From contig CAVVLJ010000017.1 in NCBI GenBank assembly GCA_963749075.1, positions 288,001 through 352,000 on the forward strand: a DNA stretch of 64,000 nt, in the 5' to 3' direction. Below the pieces are notes generated by a model. The model worked only from the letters and a program-made list of their open reading frames with translations. It made no database searches and was not told where the DNA came from. This document shows, in pieces, positions 61,726-64,000 of the stretch (position 1 is the stretch's first letter; every line of letters starts with the position of its first letter). The position numbers and the translations under genes were made by a program. The stretch comes from an uncultured Pseudomonadota bacterium. Its GTDB lineage: Bacteria; Pseudomonadota; Alphaproteobacteria; JACZXZ01.

Positions 61726-63108
61726 TCAGCTCCCCGCCTTCGCCTTGGTCCGCTCCTTGCCCGGTGCGGCCTTGGCGGTGCCTTTGCGCGCGCGGAACTT
61801 GGCGCTCCAGCCCGGCCGCTCCTCCTGGCGCGCGCGGGCGAGGGCGAGCGCGCCGTCGGGCACGTCGCGCACGATGACGCTGCCGCTTGCGACATAGGCG
61901 TCGTCGCCGATGCGCACCGGTGCCACGAGGGACGAGTTGGTGCCGATGAAGGCGCCCTTGCCGATCTCGGTCGCGTGCTTGGCATAGCCGTCGTAATTGC
62001 AGGTGATGGTGCCGGCGCCGATGTTGGCGCCAGCCCCCACCCGCGCGTCGCCCAGATAGGCGAGGTGGTTGGCCTTGGCCCCCTCGCCGATACTCGTGTT
62101 CTTGACCTCGACGAAGTTGCCGATATGGGCATCGGCACCGATCTCCGCACCCGGCCTCAGCCGCGCGAAGGGGCCGACGACCGCCCCGGCTGCTATGCTG
62201 GCACCCTCGATGTGGCAGAAGCCGCGGATCTCGACGCGGTCCGCCACCTCGACGCCGGGTCCGAAGACGACGTGGGGGCCGATCGTCACGTCGCGCCCGA
62301 TGCGGGTGTCGTGGCTGAGCCACACGGTCTCGGGTGCGGTGAGCGTCGCCCCCTCCTCCATCGCGCGCGCGCGGAGGCGCTTCTGCAGCGACGCCTCGGC
62401 CGCCGCCAGATCGGCGCGCGAATTGATGCCGAGGAGCTCCTCCTCCGGCGCCTCGACGAAAGCGCAGGGTAGGCCGTCGGCGCGCGCCAGCGCCACGATC
62501 GAGGTGAGGTAGTACTCGCCCTTCTTGTTCCGCCGGTCGACGCGGTCGAGGAGTGCTAAGAGCCGCCTGCCGTCGACCGCCATGACGCCGGAATTGCAGA
62601 GGCGCAAGGCGCGCACCTCGGCGCTTGCGTCGCGCTCCTCGACGATCGCCTCGAGCATGCCGTCGGCACCGGTGACCAGGCGCCCATAGCCGCTGCACTC
62701 GGCCGGCGAGAAGCCGAGCACGACGACGGCGGGTGCGGGCTTCCGCCTGCGCGCGGCGAGCATGCGCTCGAGCGTTTCCACGGTGATGAGCGGCGTATCG
62801 CCGAAGAGCACCAGCACGTCGCCCGCGAAGCCCTGAAGTGCTGCGCGCGCGGCGAGCACGGCGTGGCCGGTGCCGAGCGGCTCCGCTTGCACCACCGTGC
62901 GGTGCGGCTCGACGGCGTCCTTGACCGCCTCCATCCCGGGTCCGAGCACCACGACGGAGAGCTGCGGCTCGAGGCGTTCCACCGTCGAGAGCAGATGGCG
63001 GATCATCGGCAGGCCGGCGAGCGGGTGCAGCGCCTTGGGCAGCGCCGATTTCATGCGCGTCCCCTGGCCCGCGGCCAGCACCACGGCGGCGACATTTGCC
63101 TTGGTCAT
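61726..63108 (-). CDS. glmU: Bifunctional UDP-GlcNAc pyrophosphorylase/acetyltransferase
   Basis: LAAGQGTRMKS, GNFVEVK, GAGTITCNYDG. Confidence 0.97.
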   Translation of the reverse strand: MTKANVAAVVLAAGQGTRMKSALPKALHPLAGLPMIRHLLSTVERLEPQLSVVVLGPGMEAVKDAVEPHRTVVQAEPLGTGHAVLAARAALQGFAGDVLVLFGDTPLITVETLERMLAARRRKPAPAVVVLGFSPAECSGYGRLVTGADGMLEAIVEERDASAEVRALRLCNSGVMAVDGRRLLALLDRVDRRNKKGEYYLTSIVALARADGLPCAFVEAPEEELLGINSRADLAAAEASLQKRLRARAMEEGATLTAPETVWLSHDTRIGRDVTIGPHVVFGPGVEVADRVEIRGFCHIEGASIAAGAVVGPFARLRPGAEIGADAHIGNFVEVKNTSIGEGAKANHLAYLGDARVGAGANIGAGTITCNYDGYAKHATEIGKGAFIGTNSSLVAPVRIGDDAYVASGSVIVRDVPDGALALARARQEERPGWSAKFRARKGTAKAAPGKERTKAKAGS

Positions 63109-63238
63109 CGCACTCCCATCGGGTAATGCTCCGGTCTCGCCGGACGGCGGCGCCAAACTGCCACAAGCCGTGGGCCGCCTCCAAGTCAAGTTTTGTTAGC
63201 GATTGTAAGGCGCTATGCGAGAGCCGCGCAAACCGGGG

Positions 63239-63950
63239 ATGGGCGGGCTGCGGGCCGTCGTCTTCGATCTCGACGGCACGCTCGTCGAACTCGGCGGCGG
63301 ACATCCGGCGGGCGCTCAACCGCACCCTCGCGGCGGCCGGACGGCCGGCGCTCGAGCTCGACGCCGTCAAGCTCCTCATCGGCGACGGCGCCGAGCGCCT
63401 CGTGGCGCGCGGCTTTGCCGCGAGCGGTGCGGCGCTCGACGCGCCCGGCCTCGAGTGCCATTACCGGCAATTCCTCGCCTTCTACGGGGAGCCGGGGGCG
63501 GCGGACCTCACCCGCCCCTATCCGGGCGTGCGCGAGACCTTGCAGCACCTCGCCGGCGACGGGCTCAAGCTCGGCCTCTGCACCAACAAGCCGAGAGGAG
63601 CCACCGCCAACGTGCTCCAGCACCTCTCCCTCGCGCCCTTCTTCGCGGCCGTGGCGACGCCCGAGGACGTGGCGGCGCCCAAGCCCGATCCGGCGCATCT
63701 CCTGGCCGTGCTCGCCCTCCTCGACGCGACGCCCGCCGCGGCCGTGATGGTCGGCGACAGCGCCAACGACGTGGCGGCGGCGCGCGGCGCCGGCACCAGG
63801 GTCGTGGCGGTCAGCTACGGCTATCCGCGCATGGCGCCGGAAAGGCTCGGCGCGGACCTCCTCATCGACCGCATGGCGGAGCTGCCGGCGGCCCTCGAGC
63901 GGCTCGGCAGAGGCGAGCGCCGGCCGCCGCCGGCCGCCCGGCTTTCTTGA
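63239..63950 (+). CDS. gph: Phosphoglycolate phosphatase (HAD), +1 frameshift near 63288
   Basis: FDLDGTLV in one frame; SAADI..LCTNKP..KPDP..MVGDS.ND in the next. Confidence 0.85.
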
Positions 63951-63981
63951 CAGGGGCGGAAGCGGCCCCTTAAATGGCGCC
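63947..63981 (+). promoter_or_regulatory. sigma70-like promoter for a gene beyond the window
   Basis: TTGACA-18 bp-TAAATG followed by a GC-rich discriminator. Confidence 0.45.
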
Positions 63982-64000
63982 CTCCACCCTGCGGCAGACG

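Overview
High-GC alphaproteobacterial (Rhodospirillales-like, inferred) chromosomal segment. It is mostly housekeeping genes: sfsA-map-radC, purB, purC-purS-purQ-purL-bolA-grxD, rpsD, nadE-gltX-cysS-cimA-trmJ, class II DAHP synthase, gor, cynS, recQ, gabD, a ugp-like ABC operon, glmU-glmS and gph. Accessory content is interspersed: (1) a 1.16-kb integrase-less islet bounded by a duplicated gabD 3' end, carrying a coupled RusA-like resolvase and a PD-(D/E)xK/HEPN fusion (best candidate for an undescribed defence/conflict system); (2) a 7-gene thiocyanate-hydrolase-like cluster with two DUF302 genes, DUF305 and a His-rich secreted beta-propeller; (3) three complete type II TA modules and two orphan antitoxins, most with apparently leaderless promoters; (4) about 13 copies or fragments of C/G-rich palindromic repeats, some in a TAG-bounded MITE-like shell with a flipped core and two inserted in frame in proteins; (5) a lower-GC two-gene islet. 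Several single-base frameshifts in ordinary genes look like sequencing errors. No rRNA, tRNA, CRISPR array, integrase or transposase was recognised. All family calls are by motif recognition; no searches were run.
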